The position numbers and the translations under genes were made by a program. Under the pieces are notes generated by a model. The model saw nothing but the letters and a program-made list of their open reading frames with translations. It had not been told where the DNA came from and made no database searches. A stretch of DNA of 64,000 nt from Candidatus Uhrbacteria bacterium (GTDB lineage: Bacteria > Patescibacteriota > Patescibacteriia > UBA9934 > UBA10169), in contig JACPJO010000005.1 in NCBI GenBank assembly GCA_016187485.1, positions 7,499 to 71,498 of the forward strand. The letters run 5' to 3'. Positions 26,234 to 36,196 of the stretch are shown piece by piece. Every line of letters starts with the position of its first letter. The first letter of the stretch is position 1.

Positions 26234-27354
26234 ATGGAGCCAACAACTTGATAGATGGGAGAGATAATGGAGTAAGCAAGAATGCCGACGAAGACACCAA
26301 TACTCAAGATCATCACGGGCTCGATAAGCGAGGAGATATTCCGCACGGAATCGTCTACCTCCTGTTCGTAAAATTGCGCGAGGTAGTCGAGCATCTCTGG
26401 CAATGTTCCCGTTTCTTCCCCAACGCGCACTAACCGAATAGCCATCGGTGGCACGAGATGCGGCATACTTTCAAGAATGTCGGTGAGGGTTTTTCCGCGC
26501 GACACCCCCGCCTGCGCGCTCTCAAATAGTCTGCGGAAGTAAAAGTTCTTCAACACAGATCGCGTAATGGTGAGCGCGTCGTTGATCGGCATACCGCTTG
26601 CGAGAAGCGTGCCCATAAGTCGCGTAAAACGGGCCAGGTTGATATTGCGCGAGAGGTGCCGGATAACCGGCATATGCAAAATGATCCAGTGTGTGATGGG
26701 GCGGAGATGCCGGATGCGCGGAACGACAAGAAAGAGAAGGACAAGCAAGAACAGGCCGGCAAGCACGTAGAGCGGATAGGTCTTTACAAAGCCAAGCGTC
26801 CACAGAATGGCGCGTGTGGTGAAGGGAAGCTCGACTTTAAGCGTCTGAAAGAGAGGAATGATTTTAGGAAGGACGAACAGAAAGATGAATCCACCGATTA
26901 CGATAGCGCCCGCGAGCACAATCATGGGGTAGAGCATGGCGCCGCGCACTTTTTGTTGGAGTTCATGCTGTTTTTGCAGCTGCGTGGCAAGGTGGTTGAG
27001 GTTTGCTTGAAGAGTTCCCGACGATTCACCCGCGCGGATCAAGTTAATGTAGACCGCCGAAAAGACATGGGGGAACTGCTCCATCCCGTCGGCGAGTGTG
27101 CGCCCACTTTTTACGGCGTCTTCCAGTTCGTTGAGGATGGCTTTGAGTGGTCCGGATGACTGCTGAACAAGAATATTGAGCGCTTCATCGATGGCAACCC
27201 CAGAGCGCAGAAGTACCGCAAGATACTTCGTAAGCAACATGCGCTCGGTGTGTGAAAGACGCACAAACAGACGCGAACGCAAAGATACTTTTCGCCGCCC
27301 CGTAGATTTCTTCTGTACTGCCCTTTTTGGTTTCTCCTCCTTTTTCTTTGCCAT
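26230..27354 (-). CDS. pilC: Type IV pilus assembly / T2SS platform protein PilC (GspF family)
   Basis: Polytopic membrane protein with GspF-type domains. Positioned between pilB and the pseudopilins. Confidence 0.8.
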   Translation of the reverse strand: MAKKKEEKPKRAVQKKSTGRRKVSLRSRLFVRLSHTERMLLTKYLAVLLRSGVAIDEALNILVQQSSGPLKAILNELEDAVKSGRTLADGMEQFPHVFSAVYINLIRAGESSGTLQANLNHLATQLQKQHELQQKVRGAMLYPMIVLAGAIVIGGFIFLFVLPKIIPLFQTLKVELPFTTRAILWTLGFVKTYPLYVLAGLFLLVLLFLVVPRIRHLRPITHWIILHMPVIRHLSRNINLARFTRLMGTLLASGMPINDALTITRSVLKNFYFRRLFESAQAGVSRGKTLTDILESMPHLVPPMAIRLVRVGEETGTLPEMLDYLAQFYEQEVDDSVRNISSLIEPVMILSIGVFVGILAYSIISPIYQVVGSI

Positions 27355-27356
27355 AG

Positions 27357-28688
27357 CTACTCTTGCATGACGCGAATAAATTCCTCCACAGTTGTATCGA
27401 GAGAAACAATTTTACGAATGCCGTCCTCTTCAATTGTTGTCATACCCTCCGCGAGTGCCTGCCTTTTAATTTCCGCACTGCTTGCGCGCCCGATGATAAG
27501 TTTTTGGATTGCTTCAGAATTTTCCAGCACCTCATAAATACCGAGCCGCCCCCTGTACCCGCTTTGTCCACAAGCGGAGCATCCTTTTGCCTCGGCCACG
27601 GTAACGGAACTTTTCTTTTCAAATAACTTTTCAATGACATTCTCTGCCAGAATTTGTCCGGCTTCCTTCTTTGAAAAAGATTTCTGCCCACGACAGTCAG
27701 GACATGTGCGGCGTACCAAACGCTGTGCGATAGAACAGTTCAATGTGGAAGCGACAAGAAAAGGCTCGACTCCCATATCAATAAGGCGGGGGATCGTTGT
27801 GGCGGAATCATTTGTGTGGAGAGTGGAGAGGAGCTTGTGACCGGTCATGGAGGCATTAACGGCGATTTTTGCTGTTTCTTGGTCGCGGATCTCTCCTACC
27901 ATGATGATGTCGGGGTCTTGGCGCAGCAAGGAACGGAGGCCTGTGGCAAACGTGAGCTTGGCCACTTGGTCCACTTGGCTCTGGTTTACTCCCTTGATTT
28001 CGAACTCCACGGGGTCTTCAATAGTGGAGATGTTTACCTCTCGCTTGTTTAGAATTTCCAAGATGGCGTAGATCGTTGTTGTTTTTCCCGATCCGGTTGG
28101 TCCGGTAGCAAGAATCATACCCCACGGGCGTTTGATAGCGCGCTGCACGCGGGCGAGGTCGTTTGGCGCAAGTCCGAGCTGCTCCAGAGAAAGTTTGTGC
28201 GATTGGCTGGAGAGAAGCCGCAGAACGGCTTTCTCGCCCTGGGTGGTGGGAATGATGGAAGCGCGCACATCCACTGTCTCCTCGCCTACGGAAAATTTAA
28301 ACCGTCCATCCTGCGGAGCATGATGCTCGTCGGTGCGCATGCGCGTGAGAATTTTAAGGCGTGCAATGAGCTGGACGTGCACGGGCAGGGGAATCGTAAA
28401 ATCATCACGGAGAATTCCATCCACACGAAGCCGCAGAAGCCCCTGCTTTTCATCTGGTTCAATATGAATATCTGAGGCGCGGAGTCCATACGCATATGCC
28501 GAAAGCGTTTCAAACAAGCGGACAACAGCATCTTCGGCCCGGGCCGACTTTGCGGACTCAATGAGACTTTCAACGTTCGCACGGCCCGGCGTTTTTCCCG
28601 CAGGAGAAACTTTTACCGCCGAGACGATTTTGTCTTTAGCTTTGACGATTGTTTTTCGGGTAGGCATATTTTTCCACAGGGCACGCAC
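27357..28688 (-). CDS. pilB: Type IV pilus assembly ATPase PilB (GspE family)
   Basis: Walker A is GPTGSGKTT. The tetracysteine motif is CPDC...CSAC. Asp box and His box are present. Confidence 0.9.
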   Translation of the reverse strand: MRALWKNMPTRKTIVKAKDKIVSAVKVSPAGKTPGRANVESLIESAKSARAEDAVVRLFETLSAYAYGLRASDIHIEPDEKQGLLRLRVDGILRDDFTIPLPVHVQLIARLKILTRMRTDEHHAPQDGRFKFSVGEETVDVRASIIPTTQGEKAVLRLLSSQSHKLSLEQLGLAPNDLARVQRAIKRPWGMILATGPTGSGKTTTIYAILEILNKREVNISTIEDPVEFEIKGVNQSQVDQVAKLTFATGLRSLLRQDPDIIMVGEIRDQETAKIAVNASMTGHKLLSTLHTNDSATTIPRLIDMGVEPFLVASTLNCSIAQRLVRRTCPDCRGQKSFSKKEAGQILAENVIEKLFEKKSSVTVAEAKGCSACGQSGYRGRLGIYEVLENSEAIQKLIIGRASSAEIKRQALAEGMTTIEEDGIRKIVSLDTTVEEFIRVMQE

Positions 28689-28748
28689 CTGTGTACGCAG
28701 ATTTTGCTATAGTATACATGATTTCTTAATTTTTATCTTTCTCATTTT

Positions 28749-29219
28749 ATGCAACAAAGAGGTTTTACCCTTGTTGAGCTCCTCATTGTGATCGCGGTCA
28801 TTGCGATCATCGCGGCGGGAGTGTTCGTCGCTTTGGATCCGGCACAGCGGTTTCAAGAAGCGCGCGATTCGCAACGCTGGAGTGATGTGAGCGCCCTTAT
28901 TTCGGCCGTAAAGACGGATCAAGTGGACAACGGCGGCGCATATCTTGCCTCCATTGCGGCACTGACGGCAGGAAATTATCATGTGATTGGGACAAACGCT
29001 GCCGGATGTAATGCGGGATGTACAGCACAAACGACACAGGCAGCTTGTGTGGACCTTACGGGCCTTGCAACGGAGGGCTACTTGGGGAGTGTTCCAACCG
29101 ATCCGAGCGGTGGCACGGCGGCGTTTACGGATTACTACCTTATGCGCAACGCAGCGGGTGTGGTGACCGTCGGTGCATGTGACCCGGAGGCAGCTGCAGA
29201 TATTAGTATTGCCAGATAG
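28749..29219 (+). CDS. Type IV major pilin (PilA-like)
   Basis: [23 protein letters not shown] prepilin leader and hydrophobic helix. A Cys pair lies in the C-terminal region. Confidence 0.8.
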   Translation: MQQRGFTLVELLIVIAVIAIIAAGVFVALDPAQRFQEARDSQRWSDVSALISAVKTDQVDNGGAYLASIAALTAGNYHVIGTNAAGCNAGCTAQTTQAACVDLTGLATEGYLGSVPTDPSGGTAAFTDYYLMRNAAGVVTVGACDPEAAADISIAR

Positions 29220-29224
29220 GATTC

Positions 29225-29253
29225 TTGACACAAGAACCGTGTCGTGGTTTAAT
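29225..29253 (+). promoter_or_regulatory. Sigma-70-like promoter upstream of rpmG
   Basis: TTGACA (29225-29230), a 17-bp spacer, then TTTAAT (29248-29253). This lies 10 nt upstream of the rpmG ATG. Confidence 0.45.
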
Positions 29254-29263
29254 TTGCCACGAT

Positions 29264-29434
29264 ATGTCACAAGAAAACCTCATCAAACTTGTGTCCCAGG
29301 GGGACAACACCGGGGCGGGGAAAGGGCACGTCATCTTCTCGCGGAAAAACAAAAAGACGCTCAAGGAACGCCTCGAGCTCTCGAAGTTCAACCCGCTTGT
29401 CCGCAAACACACGGTTTATAAAGAGTCCAAATAA
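29264..29434 (+). CDS. rpmG: 50S ribosomal protein L33
   Basis: [34 protein letters not shown] matches the L33 C-terminal signature (KNK...RLELKKY.P..RKHT.HKE.K). The start ATG at 29264 lies inside the longer track ORF. Confidence 0.75.
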   Translation: MSQENLIKLVSQGDNTGAGKGHVIFSRKNKKTLKERLELSKFNPLVRKHTVYKESK

Positions 29435-29477
29435 TTTCACACTCCGCCTTTCGTGAAGGGCGGGGTGTTCTATTTTT

Positions 29478-30128
29478 ATGACACGTCTTCTCTCTCTTCT
29501 TGCCATTCTTCTTCTTCTGGGCGCCGGTTGCGCCCCTTCAACCACGACGATCGATACGAGCGTGGACGTAGCGGACCCGGACGACTTACCCGAAAGCGAT
29601 GCCGCGTGGACGGCACACAACAGCATCATCACGGATGGGGTAGATGAAGCGCTTGTGGGAACGTGGGTGCTTGCAGAGCAAAAAGTTGCCGGTGTCACGA
29701 ATCCGTTTGCCGGGCATTATCTGACATTTTCTGCCGACAAAACTCTTTCCCACGACTATAGCACCGAGCGAACGGAGCGTTTGCCGAGCTGCACCGTTGG
29801 AGGAATGGTCGCCGGCACGTTTTTCAGCGAACTGGAAGTGGATCTCGACGTCGTCGGGGACACAGGAGATATTGACCCGTCTTCCGGTGCCGTGAGCACG
29901 CTCTTGTACGTGACGCGTGATCGTCAAAATCCGGAAGTCGAGTGTCCGGGGTCGGATGTCGTCGTACAGTCAAACACGCCCACGCTCCCGCTTGGCACAG
30001 GCCCGCTCCGTACGGGTTCGATGGGGAGCGGCGTTCGCTACACCTACGAAATGGATGATGATTGGCAGACGCTTGTTGTAACGCTCGATCAGCCCTCCGC
30101 CATCTACACTTATAAGAGGATTCAATGA
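29478..30128 (+). CDS. Putative lipoprotein (hypothetical)
   Basis: Signal peptide MTRLLSLLAILLLLGAGC with a Cys at the predicted cleavage site. Confidence 0.45.
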   Translation: MTRLLSLLAILLLLGAGCAPSTTTIDTSVDVADPDDLPESDAAWTAHNSIITDGVDEALVGTWVLAEQKVAGVTNPFAGHYLTFSADKTLSHDYSTERTERLPSCTVGGMVAGTFFSELEVDLDVVGDTGDIDPSSGAVSTLLYVTRDRQNPEVECPGSDVVVQSNTPTLPLGTGPLRTGSMGSGVRYTYEMDDDWQTLVVTLDQPSAIYTYKRIQ

Positions 30129-31114
30129 TTTTCCTTCCCCCTGCGCCGCTCGAAAATACAACGTACTGCTTCCTCGAGCGGTACGTTTTCAATAAGGAGA
30201 TCGCTTAGGGGAAGAGCGCCAAGCATTTTTTCCACGCGGCTGCGGACCTCCTTATGAGGGATGTGAAACACGGCTCGTTGCGGGTGGAACTCTACCAACT
30301 TTCCGAAGCCTTCGAGTACCGCTTTCGTGTGCGGATGTTCCAGGACGACGGTCACTTCTTTGTAGTCAATCACGCTTCCCACAAGCGTTTCGAGCGATCC
30401 ATCATAAAAGAGAACACCCTTATCAATCACGATGGCGCGCCGGCAGAGCGCCTCTACGTCTGCCATCGTATGGGAGGTGAGAACGATGGTGGTTTTCTTT
30501 TCACGATTCCATGTGTGCAAGAAGTCCCGGATAGACTGTTGGGAGACGACATCGAGCCCGATGGTCGGCTCGTCCAGAAAGAGGACACGCGGATTATGCA
30601 GGAGTGAGTTGAGCAACTCGCACTTCATGCGTTCGCCAAGTGAGAGTTTGCGTACTGGAATTTCCAGCACGTCTTCAATGCGCAAGAACTCGGAAAGCTC
30701 CGACACGCGTTTACGATACGTCTGATCGGGGATCTCATAGATTTCCTTATTGAGAAGGAAACTGTCTTTTGCAGGCAGGTCCCACCACAGCTGATTTTTC
30801 TGTCCCATGACGATGGAGAATTGCCGACGGAAGGCATCCTTACGCTCCCACGGAACGAAGCCCATGACGGTTGCGCTCCCCGATGTGGGCCAGAGGATTC
30901 CCGAGAGCATCTTGAGCGTTGTTGTTTTCCCTGCGCCGTTTGGGCCGAGGAATCCCACGACCTCTCCTTCCTCGATGGAGAACGTGAGATCTTGCACTGC
31001 GGGAACTTCCAGAGACTCCCGATGGACGAGTGATCGAAGCGTTCCCAAAAACCCCGCCTGTTTTTTATACGAGCGATAGGTCTTGGAGAGAGAATGGAGT
31101 TCGATGATGGGCAT
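30122..31114 (-). CDS. ABC transporter ATP-binding protein (ABC-2 exporter type)
   Basis: Walker A is GPNGAGKTT, the signature motif is LSLGERMK, and Walker B is LFLDEPTIGLD. Confidence 0.9.
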   Translation of the reverse strand: MPIIELHSLSKTYRSYKKQAGFLGTLRSLVHRESLEVPAVQDLTFSIEEGEVVGFLGPNGAGKTTTLKMLSGILWPTSGSATVMGFVPWERKDAFRRQFSIVMGQKNQLWWDLPAKDSFLLNKEIYEIPDQTYRKRVSELSEFLRIEDVLEIPVRKLSLGERMKCELLNSLLHNPRVLFLDEPTIGLDVVSQQSIRDFLHTWNREKKTTIVLTSHTMADVEALCRRAIVIDKGVLFYDGSLETLVGSVIDYKEVTVVLEHPHTKAVLEGFGKLVEFHPQRAVFHIPHKEVRSRVEKMLGALPLSDLLIENVPLEEAVRCIFERRRGKENH

Positions 31115-31133
31115 AGGGGAAAGGTTTGAAAGG

Positions 31134-31931
31134 TTAGGAACTGGCGGAAGTATAGTGCCGCACGGCTTTGTTCCAGACCATGACGGAGGCAGAGAACCAT
31201 AGCAGGGTCAGCCCGATGGCGACTCCCACGAGGATCGGAGATAGTTCTCCAAGAAGGGCGCGAACGGGGAAAGCGACAATCAAGAAAATCGGAATGACAA
31301 AAAGTAAGACGGAGCGAAGCAGGGAGGGGAAAAATTCTGGCGGGATGCGCGCGCTTGCCAGAAAGTGGCGATACAAAAACCACGTGGCATAACCGGACTC
31401 CATCCAGAAGCCCAGAGCAGCGCTCATCAGGTTGAAGGCAAACGCGATCACGATGCCACAAAGGAACAACACGCCTCCCGCAAGCCATCCCTCCCAGGAA
31501 GGTTGCACGGAGAGGGAAGAGAGAGCGTACCATACCATCCATCCAACAACGGGGAGGGTCGTCACGTCAAAGAGATCGAACATATGGAACGCGGCCCAAA
31601 ACAGAGGCGAGAGGGGCTTTGTAAGAATGGTATCGAGCGCCCCAGCATGGATCAGCTCGTGCACGTGGGAGAGGCCGCGCCAAAAAAGCTGAACGATGAC
31701 ATCAATCGCGTTCATGATGGCGAAGAAGAGCAGAAGCTCGCCTTTCCCGAATCCGCCTATACTTTGTGTGTGTGTGAAGAGAGCGACGGTGAAGGCAAAG
31801 AAAATCCCCATGCGCAGAAGTTTTCCGACAAAGAAGGTCAACATATCCAACCGTGAGCTTGATTGGTGAGCCATGTGCAAAACGCTCCAGGTTTTCCAGA
31901 TGCGAAAATATCTACCGACCATAAGCTTCAT
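31134..31931 (-). CDS. ABC-2 family transporter permease
   Basis: Six hydrophobic helices. Co-oriented with the ABC ATPase. Confidence 0.6.
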   Translation of the reverse strand: MKLMVGRYFRIWKTWSVLHMAHQSSSRLDMLTFFVGKLLRMGIFFAFTVALFTHTQSIGGFGKGELLLFFAIMNAIDVIVQLFWRGLSHVHELIHAGALDTILTKPLSPLFWAAFHMFDLFDVTTLPVVGWMVWYALSSLSVQPSWEGWLAGGVLFLCGIVIAFAFNLMSAALGFWMESGYATWFLYRHFLASARIPPEFFPSLLRSVLLFVIPIFLIVAFPVRALLGELSPILVGVAIGLTLLWFSASVMVWNKAVRHYTSASS

Positions 31932-32709
31932 AAGAACGGACGCCAGCGCGCCAGGATAGCGAAAGGGTGGTAAAGATGAGTGCGACCCAAAACCATTGAG
32001 TCAAAAGAATAGAGAGAATTTCTGGCCATGTGGAGTAATTTCCGAGATATGCTTGGATGGGGGTGTAAAGAATGTAGGCGAACGGTGTGTGCGTCAGGAT
32101 CGCGCGCGCGGACTCTGGAAAAAGCATGAAAGGAGTGTAGATACCACTCAAGAAGTACATGCCGACATACATAAGCCAACGTGGACCAAAAGAGCGGTGT
32201 GTCCAAAACGCGACCGTGCCTACCCCCATGTCGAGCAGAACGGCAATAAGAAGGCCGCCGACAAGAAGAAGGATGAAGAGGAGTAAAGACGTGGTGTTTG
32301 CCGGTGGTAAAAGCTCGATGTAGGGAAAACCAACGACAAGAATGCCGATAATGAAAAGGCCAATGACAGCATTGATAGACCGGAGGGCTAAAGAGCGGCT
32401 AAACCAAAATCCGAAATAGCGGATTGGGCGCAAGAGATAATTTACAAGCCCTCCATCGCTGATTTCGTCGGCGATGGTGTGCATGACTTGGGCGTGGATG
32501 ATAAGCGGAGCAAGAAGGGCGTTTAAGATGATGGTTGTCAACAGAGTCGGTAACGATACGGCGTTTTTAGGAAATGCTTGGAAGAAAAAGAGGAGAGAGC
32601 CGAAAATAATAAGGTCTTGGATTAATGCGAGAACAAAAGGGAGACGATACACAAGTCGCGCGGAAAGAGCTAACGAGAACGTGGTTGTGTATTTCCGGAG
32701 CCATTTCAT
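31912..32709 (-). CDS. ABC-2 family transporter permease (second subunit)
   Basis: Polytopic membrane protein of the same size (265 aa) as its neighbour. Overlaps it by 20 nt. Confidence 0.6.
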   Translation of the reverse strand: MKWLRKYTTTFSLALSARLVYRLPFVLALIQDLIIFGSLLFFFQAFPKNAVSLPTLLTTIILNALLAPLIIHAQVMHTIADEISDGGLVNYLLRPIRYFGFWFSRSLALRSINAVIGLFIIGILVVGFPYIELLPPANTTSLLLFILLLVGGLLIAVLLDMGVGTVAFWTHRSFGPRWLMYVGMYFLSGIYTPFMLFPESARAILTHTPFAYILYTPIQAYLGNYSTWPEILSILLTQWFWVALIFTTLSLSWRAGVRSYEAYGR

Positions 32710-32738
32710 AGAAATGATGGAGCGATTATACTACGGAC

Positions 32739-33614
32739 ATGGAAAAACTGCTTTCCTGGTATAAAAAACACGGCCGGAAGTTGCCCTGGCGCCGCACGCG
32801 AGACCCGTACAAGATTCTCGTTTCGGAAGTTATGCTTCAGCAGACGCAGGTGCCGCGCGTCCTTTTATACTACGAAAAATGGCTCACGCAGTTTCCGTCG
32901 TGGAGATCTCTAGCGCAAGCAACGAACGCCCAAGTCATCCGCGCGTGGTCGGGGCTTGGGTATAATCGCCGTGCCCTTATGCTTCGCGACGTGGCAAAAA
33001 CTGTTGTGGGGCAGGGAGTGCCGAAGTCGGAGACGGATTGGCAGAAACTCAAAGGGATTGGGCCGTACACGGCGGCAGCGCTTGCGGTGTTCTCTTTGCG
33101 CACGAGGGCTCTGCCGATTGATGTGAACGTTCGCCGCGTTCTCGGGCGTGTGTTTTTTGGCAAGCCTTACCCAACACCCAAAATAGATCGGCTAATTTGT
33201 GAGAATAAGAGAATAGTTTTTGGACGAGCGCATCAGTTCTACGACGTTCCGCAAGCGTTATTTGATCTTTCCACAATGATCTGTAAGAAGAAACCGCTGT
33301 GCGAGATTTGTCCGTTGCGTACGGAGTGCAAAACGGCGCCAAGATTTCTCTCCGGAGGAGTAAAAACGCCAAAACGTTCTCTTAAGAAATCCCGCGAGCG
33401 TATTCGCATCGGTAAAAAATATCCTGACCGCATTTACCGGGGGCGTATTCTTAAACTGGCGGCCCACATTCGTGGGGTGGGCCTGCGCCATGTGGGTTCT
33501 GTGGTTGATCCGGCCTACACACCACGCGATGCCGCATGGATGACGGCTATGATCGAGCGTCTCATCGCCGATAAACTTGTTGTACGCCGCCGCGGTCGCT
33601 TATTCGTGGAATAA
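32739..33614 (+). CDS. HhH-GPD DNA glycosylase (MutY/Nth-type adenine glycosylase)
   Basis: LPWRRTRDPYKILVSEVMLQQTQV (HhH-GPD start) and CKKKPLCEICPLRTEC ([4Fe-4S] cluster loop). There is no NUDIX-like C-terminal domain. Confidence 0.8.
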   Translation: MEKLLSWYKKHGRKLPWRRTRDPYKILVSEVMLQQTQVPRVLLYYEKWLTQFPSWRSLAQATNAQVIRAWSGLGYNRRALMLRDVAKTVVGQGVPKSETDWQKLKGIGPYTAAALAVFSLRTRALPIDVNVRRVLGRVFFGKPYPTPKIDRLICENKRIVFGRAHQFYDVPQALFDLSTMICKKKPLCEICPLRTECKTAPRFLSGGVKTPKRSLKKSRERIRIGKKYPDRIYRGRILKLAAHIRGVGLRHVGSVVDPAYTPRDAAWMTAMIERLIADKLVVRRRGRLFVE

Positions 33615-33633
33615 CTGCTACAATTTTCCCACT

Positions 33634-34515
33634 ATGTCATCTCCTATCTTTACACGCAATGCGTTTTTGCATTTGCTTGCGTTCATCAGTTTTTATTGGG
33701 CTGTCGTGGGGCTTATCACGCTCTACTTCCAAATTGTCAACGCGCTCTTTCCGGACCCGCTTATCTATCAAGACATGACATTTGGCGCCATGCGGTGGGG
33801 GATTTCTTCGGTGGTTATTGCGTTCCCTGTTTTTGTCGTGACGATGCGGTTCATTCGGAGCCAGGGCATTATTCGACCGCATTTCCCCATATACTTCACG
33901 CTTTTTGTGACGGGTGTCACGGCCATGATTGATTTAGCTACGCTTGTATATCACCTCACCGGTGGGGATCTCACAACGCGGTTTATTTTGAAAGCACTGG
34001 CTGTGCTCGTGGTTGCCGGTTCCGTGTTTGCTTACGAATGGTGGCACTTGAAACATGACGCGCTTCACCCGTCCAAACGCGCACGCTTCATGTTTATCCT
34101 CGTCTATATTTTACTCGCGCTTTCTGTGGTTGACGCATTTTGGGTGATTGGTTTACCAAACGTGCGGCGGTCACAGTCGCTTGATGAACGGCGCGTAAAC
34201 GATCTTCGCTCTTTGCAATGGGAGGTGCTTTCTCTCTACCAACGGGATGGCGAACTTCCTGAAACGCTTGATATGCTTGTGCGCGATCCGGGCACCAGTG
34301 CTGCCTATGAGTATCGGCCACTCGACCTTGCGTCATTTGAGCTTTGTGCAACTTTTGATCGCGCTTCTACAGGAAAAGAATCGCCGCCTTATATGGGCCG
34401 ACCCATTGCGGAAACATCAGACATTTTTACCCATGGGGCCGGATACACGTGCTTTGCGCGCACGGTTGAAGCCGATCCGGCTGTAGCCAATGAAAAAATC
34501 TATCGGCTGAGGTAG
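33634..34515 (+). CDS. Membrane protein with 5-6 TM helices and a soluble C-terminal domain (hypothetical)
   Basis: Hydrophobic segments through about residue 170, then a polar C-terminus. Start chosen after the mutY stop; the track ORF begins at 33577. Confidence 0.4.
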   Translation: MSSPIFTRNAFLHLLAFISFYWAVVGLITLYFQIVNALFPDPLIYQDMTFGAMRWGISSVVIAFPVFVVTMRFIRSQGIIRPHFPIYFTLFVTGVTAMIDLATLVYHLTGGDLTTRFILKALAVLVVAGSVFAYEWWHLKHDALHPSKRARFMFILVYILLALSVVDAFWVIGLPNVRRSQSLDERRVNDLRSLQWEVLSLYQRDGELPETLDMLVRDPGTSAAYEYRPLDLASFELCATFDRASTGKESPPYMGRPIAETSDIFTHGAGYTCFARTVEADPAVANEKIYRLR

Positions 34516-34536
34516 GGGGAGAATAAGAGAGGTATA

Positions 34537-34567
34537 AAAGTCGAAAGCGACCCCGTGGGGTCGCTAG
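34537..34567 (-). terminator. Rho-independent terminator of the 519-aa GC-rich gene; copy 1 of a 31-nt element repeated in inverted orientation at 46746-46776
   Basis: On the minus strand the transcript reads AGCGACCCC-ACG-GGGGTCGCT followed by UUCGACUUUUAU. It is identical over 31 nt to the hairpin after the 45233..46723 gene. Confidence 0.6.
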
Positions 34568-34614
34568 GTCCTCCTTCGCCTTGATGGGCTACGGAGGATG
34601 GAGAGAAGGAACGT

Positions 34615-36174
34615 TCAGTCGTTGGGATCCGTGAGCTTGCGCACCCGCATAGCGTGGGTGTCGAACGTGCAGGGCGCGTCCGCGAGCGGGTAGAAGCGCC
34701 AGCAGTCGCGCGCGACGGGCGGCGTATCGCGCGGGGGGAAGCCCGGCACGAGCACGTCGGTCCGCGCGGCGAGGAGCTGGCGGTCGATCTGGTCCTGGGG
34801 CCACTCGAGTTCGTAGCGGAGCGTCTGTCCGCTCTGCACGACCGTGGCCGTGTAGAGCTCTCGGTGCTTCGTGCGGCTGAAGCCATCGTAGGTGGGCTTC
34901 ACGAACTGCCAGCCGCACTCGATGACGCGCGACTGCAGGGCCTCGTAGAACCATGCCTGGCGCACGATGCTCTCGCGCGGCACGGTCTTGGTGCCCTCGT
35001 CTTCGCGCCCCTTCTGTGGCCTCACGGACTTGACGTAGCCGGTGCCCCCTTCCTCCATCTCGGCGGCCAGGATGTGGCGGTACAGGTAGGGGGCGTTCTC
35101 CGGCGTGAGGCGCCGGAGGAGGTTGCCGAGCAGCTGCTCGCACTCCCGTCCCCACGTGTTCCTGTGCATGTCGAGCAGCAGGTGGGTGGCGATCGTGTAG
35201 GACGAGTCGCACGCGGGCAGCGCGCGCAGGATGTCGTAGCGCACGCCGATCGGGAGGGCGCGGAGGCTCTCCGTGTCGACGTGCTTCGCCGTCATGTTCG
35301 GCTGCGACAGCGCACTCGTCGTCGCCTCGATCATGGGCAGGGCCCAGTCGAAGCCGACCCGGGCGAGCGCCATGAGCTCCTTGATGCCCTTGTTGTAGAA
35401 CGCGTTGTGGGGCGGAGGTGGCGGGTTGCCGGCCTGGAGGTGCGCCGCGAATGCCGTAGCGAGCCACCACCGGTGAACGAACGCCAGCGGAGCCCGCCGT
35501 GCGCACTCCGTGACCATCTTGCGGAAGTCGTTCACGTCCTCGAAGCAGGGCCAGAGGGAGGCGGCCCATCCATCGGAGGAGTCGAGGAACTTCCCGGCGA
35601 ACGAGCCATCCGTGTTCGTCGTGATGAGCTCCCACACGATCTCGCGCATCATCTGCTTGCCGTCCCGGTGGGTCAGGATCACGTCCGTGAGCCACGTCGG
35701 GTCGTGGGAGCGGCGGAGGATGTGCGTCCGCGCCGTCTCCACGCGCTCCTCGATCGGGAGCCAGGCGAAGAGGATCGGCAGCTCCTGCACGATCTCCGTC
35801 ATCTGGGTCCACGACGTGTCCGTCGTGAGAACCCGTGCGAGTGCCGCACGGTCTGCCTCGGGCAGGATCGTTCCGAGGTGCTCCAGACTCTGCAGGACCC
35901 AGCAGAGCCCGTGGGCCTGCGTGATGTCCTCGGGGAGGTTGCACTCGCGGTCGCGCTCGATCGCGGTCAGGATGTCCGCCAGCTTGAGCGTCCCCGTCTC
36001 GTCGCGAACCGTGAGGTCGGGGTGCAGCATGAAGCGCGCCTGGCGCGTCTTCTGTGCCTTCTTCTCCTTGATGGCCTTGTCGCGGGCCTGCTGGTACTCG
36101 AGGAAGCTGAACCCGCGATTTTCGAGATCCTTCCGGATTTCCTGCATCTCCTCACTGTTGAGCTCGATGTCCAT
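34615..36174 (-). CDS. Large hypothetical protein (519 aa) encoded in a GC-rich (foreign-looking) block
   Basis: Long ORF with balanced, protein-like composition. The overlapping long ORFs in other frames are Arg/Pro/Ala-rich high-GC artefacts. I recognise no catalytic motif. Confidence 0.55.
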   Translation of the reverse strand: MDIELNSEEMQEIRKDLENRGFSFLEYQQARDKAIKEKKAQKTRQARFMLHPDLTVRDETGTLKLADILTAIERDRECNLPEDITQAHGLCWVLQSLEHLGTILPEADRAALARVLTTDTSWTQMTEIVQELPILFAWLPIEERVETARTHILRRSHDPTWLTDVILTHRDGKQMMREIVWELITTNTDGSFAGKFLDSSDGWAASLWPCFEDVNDFRKMVTECARRAPLAFVHRWWLATAFAAHLQAGNPPPPPHNAFYNKGIKELMALARVGFDWALPMIEATTSALSQPNMTAKHVDTESLRALPIGVRYDILRALPACDSSYTIATHLLLDMHRNTWGRECEQLLGNLLRRLTPENAPYLYRHILAAEMEEGGTGYVKSVRPQKGREDEGTKTVPRESIVRQAWFYEALQSRVIECGWQFVKPTYDGFSRTKHRELYTATVVQSGQTLRYELEWPQDQIDRQLLAARTDVLVPGFPPRDTPPVARDCWRFYPLADAPCTFDTHAMRVRKLTDPND

Positions 36175-36196
36175 GGTCGGTCTGCCTTTCTGGTGC

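Noticed and set aside
28700-28748. Possible promoter (TTGCTA...TATAGT) upstream of the pilin gene
   Set aside because: The -35 element is weak and the spacing is ambiguous. It is too uncertain to list as a feature.
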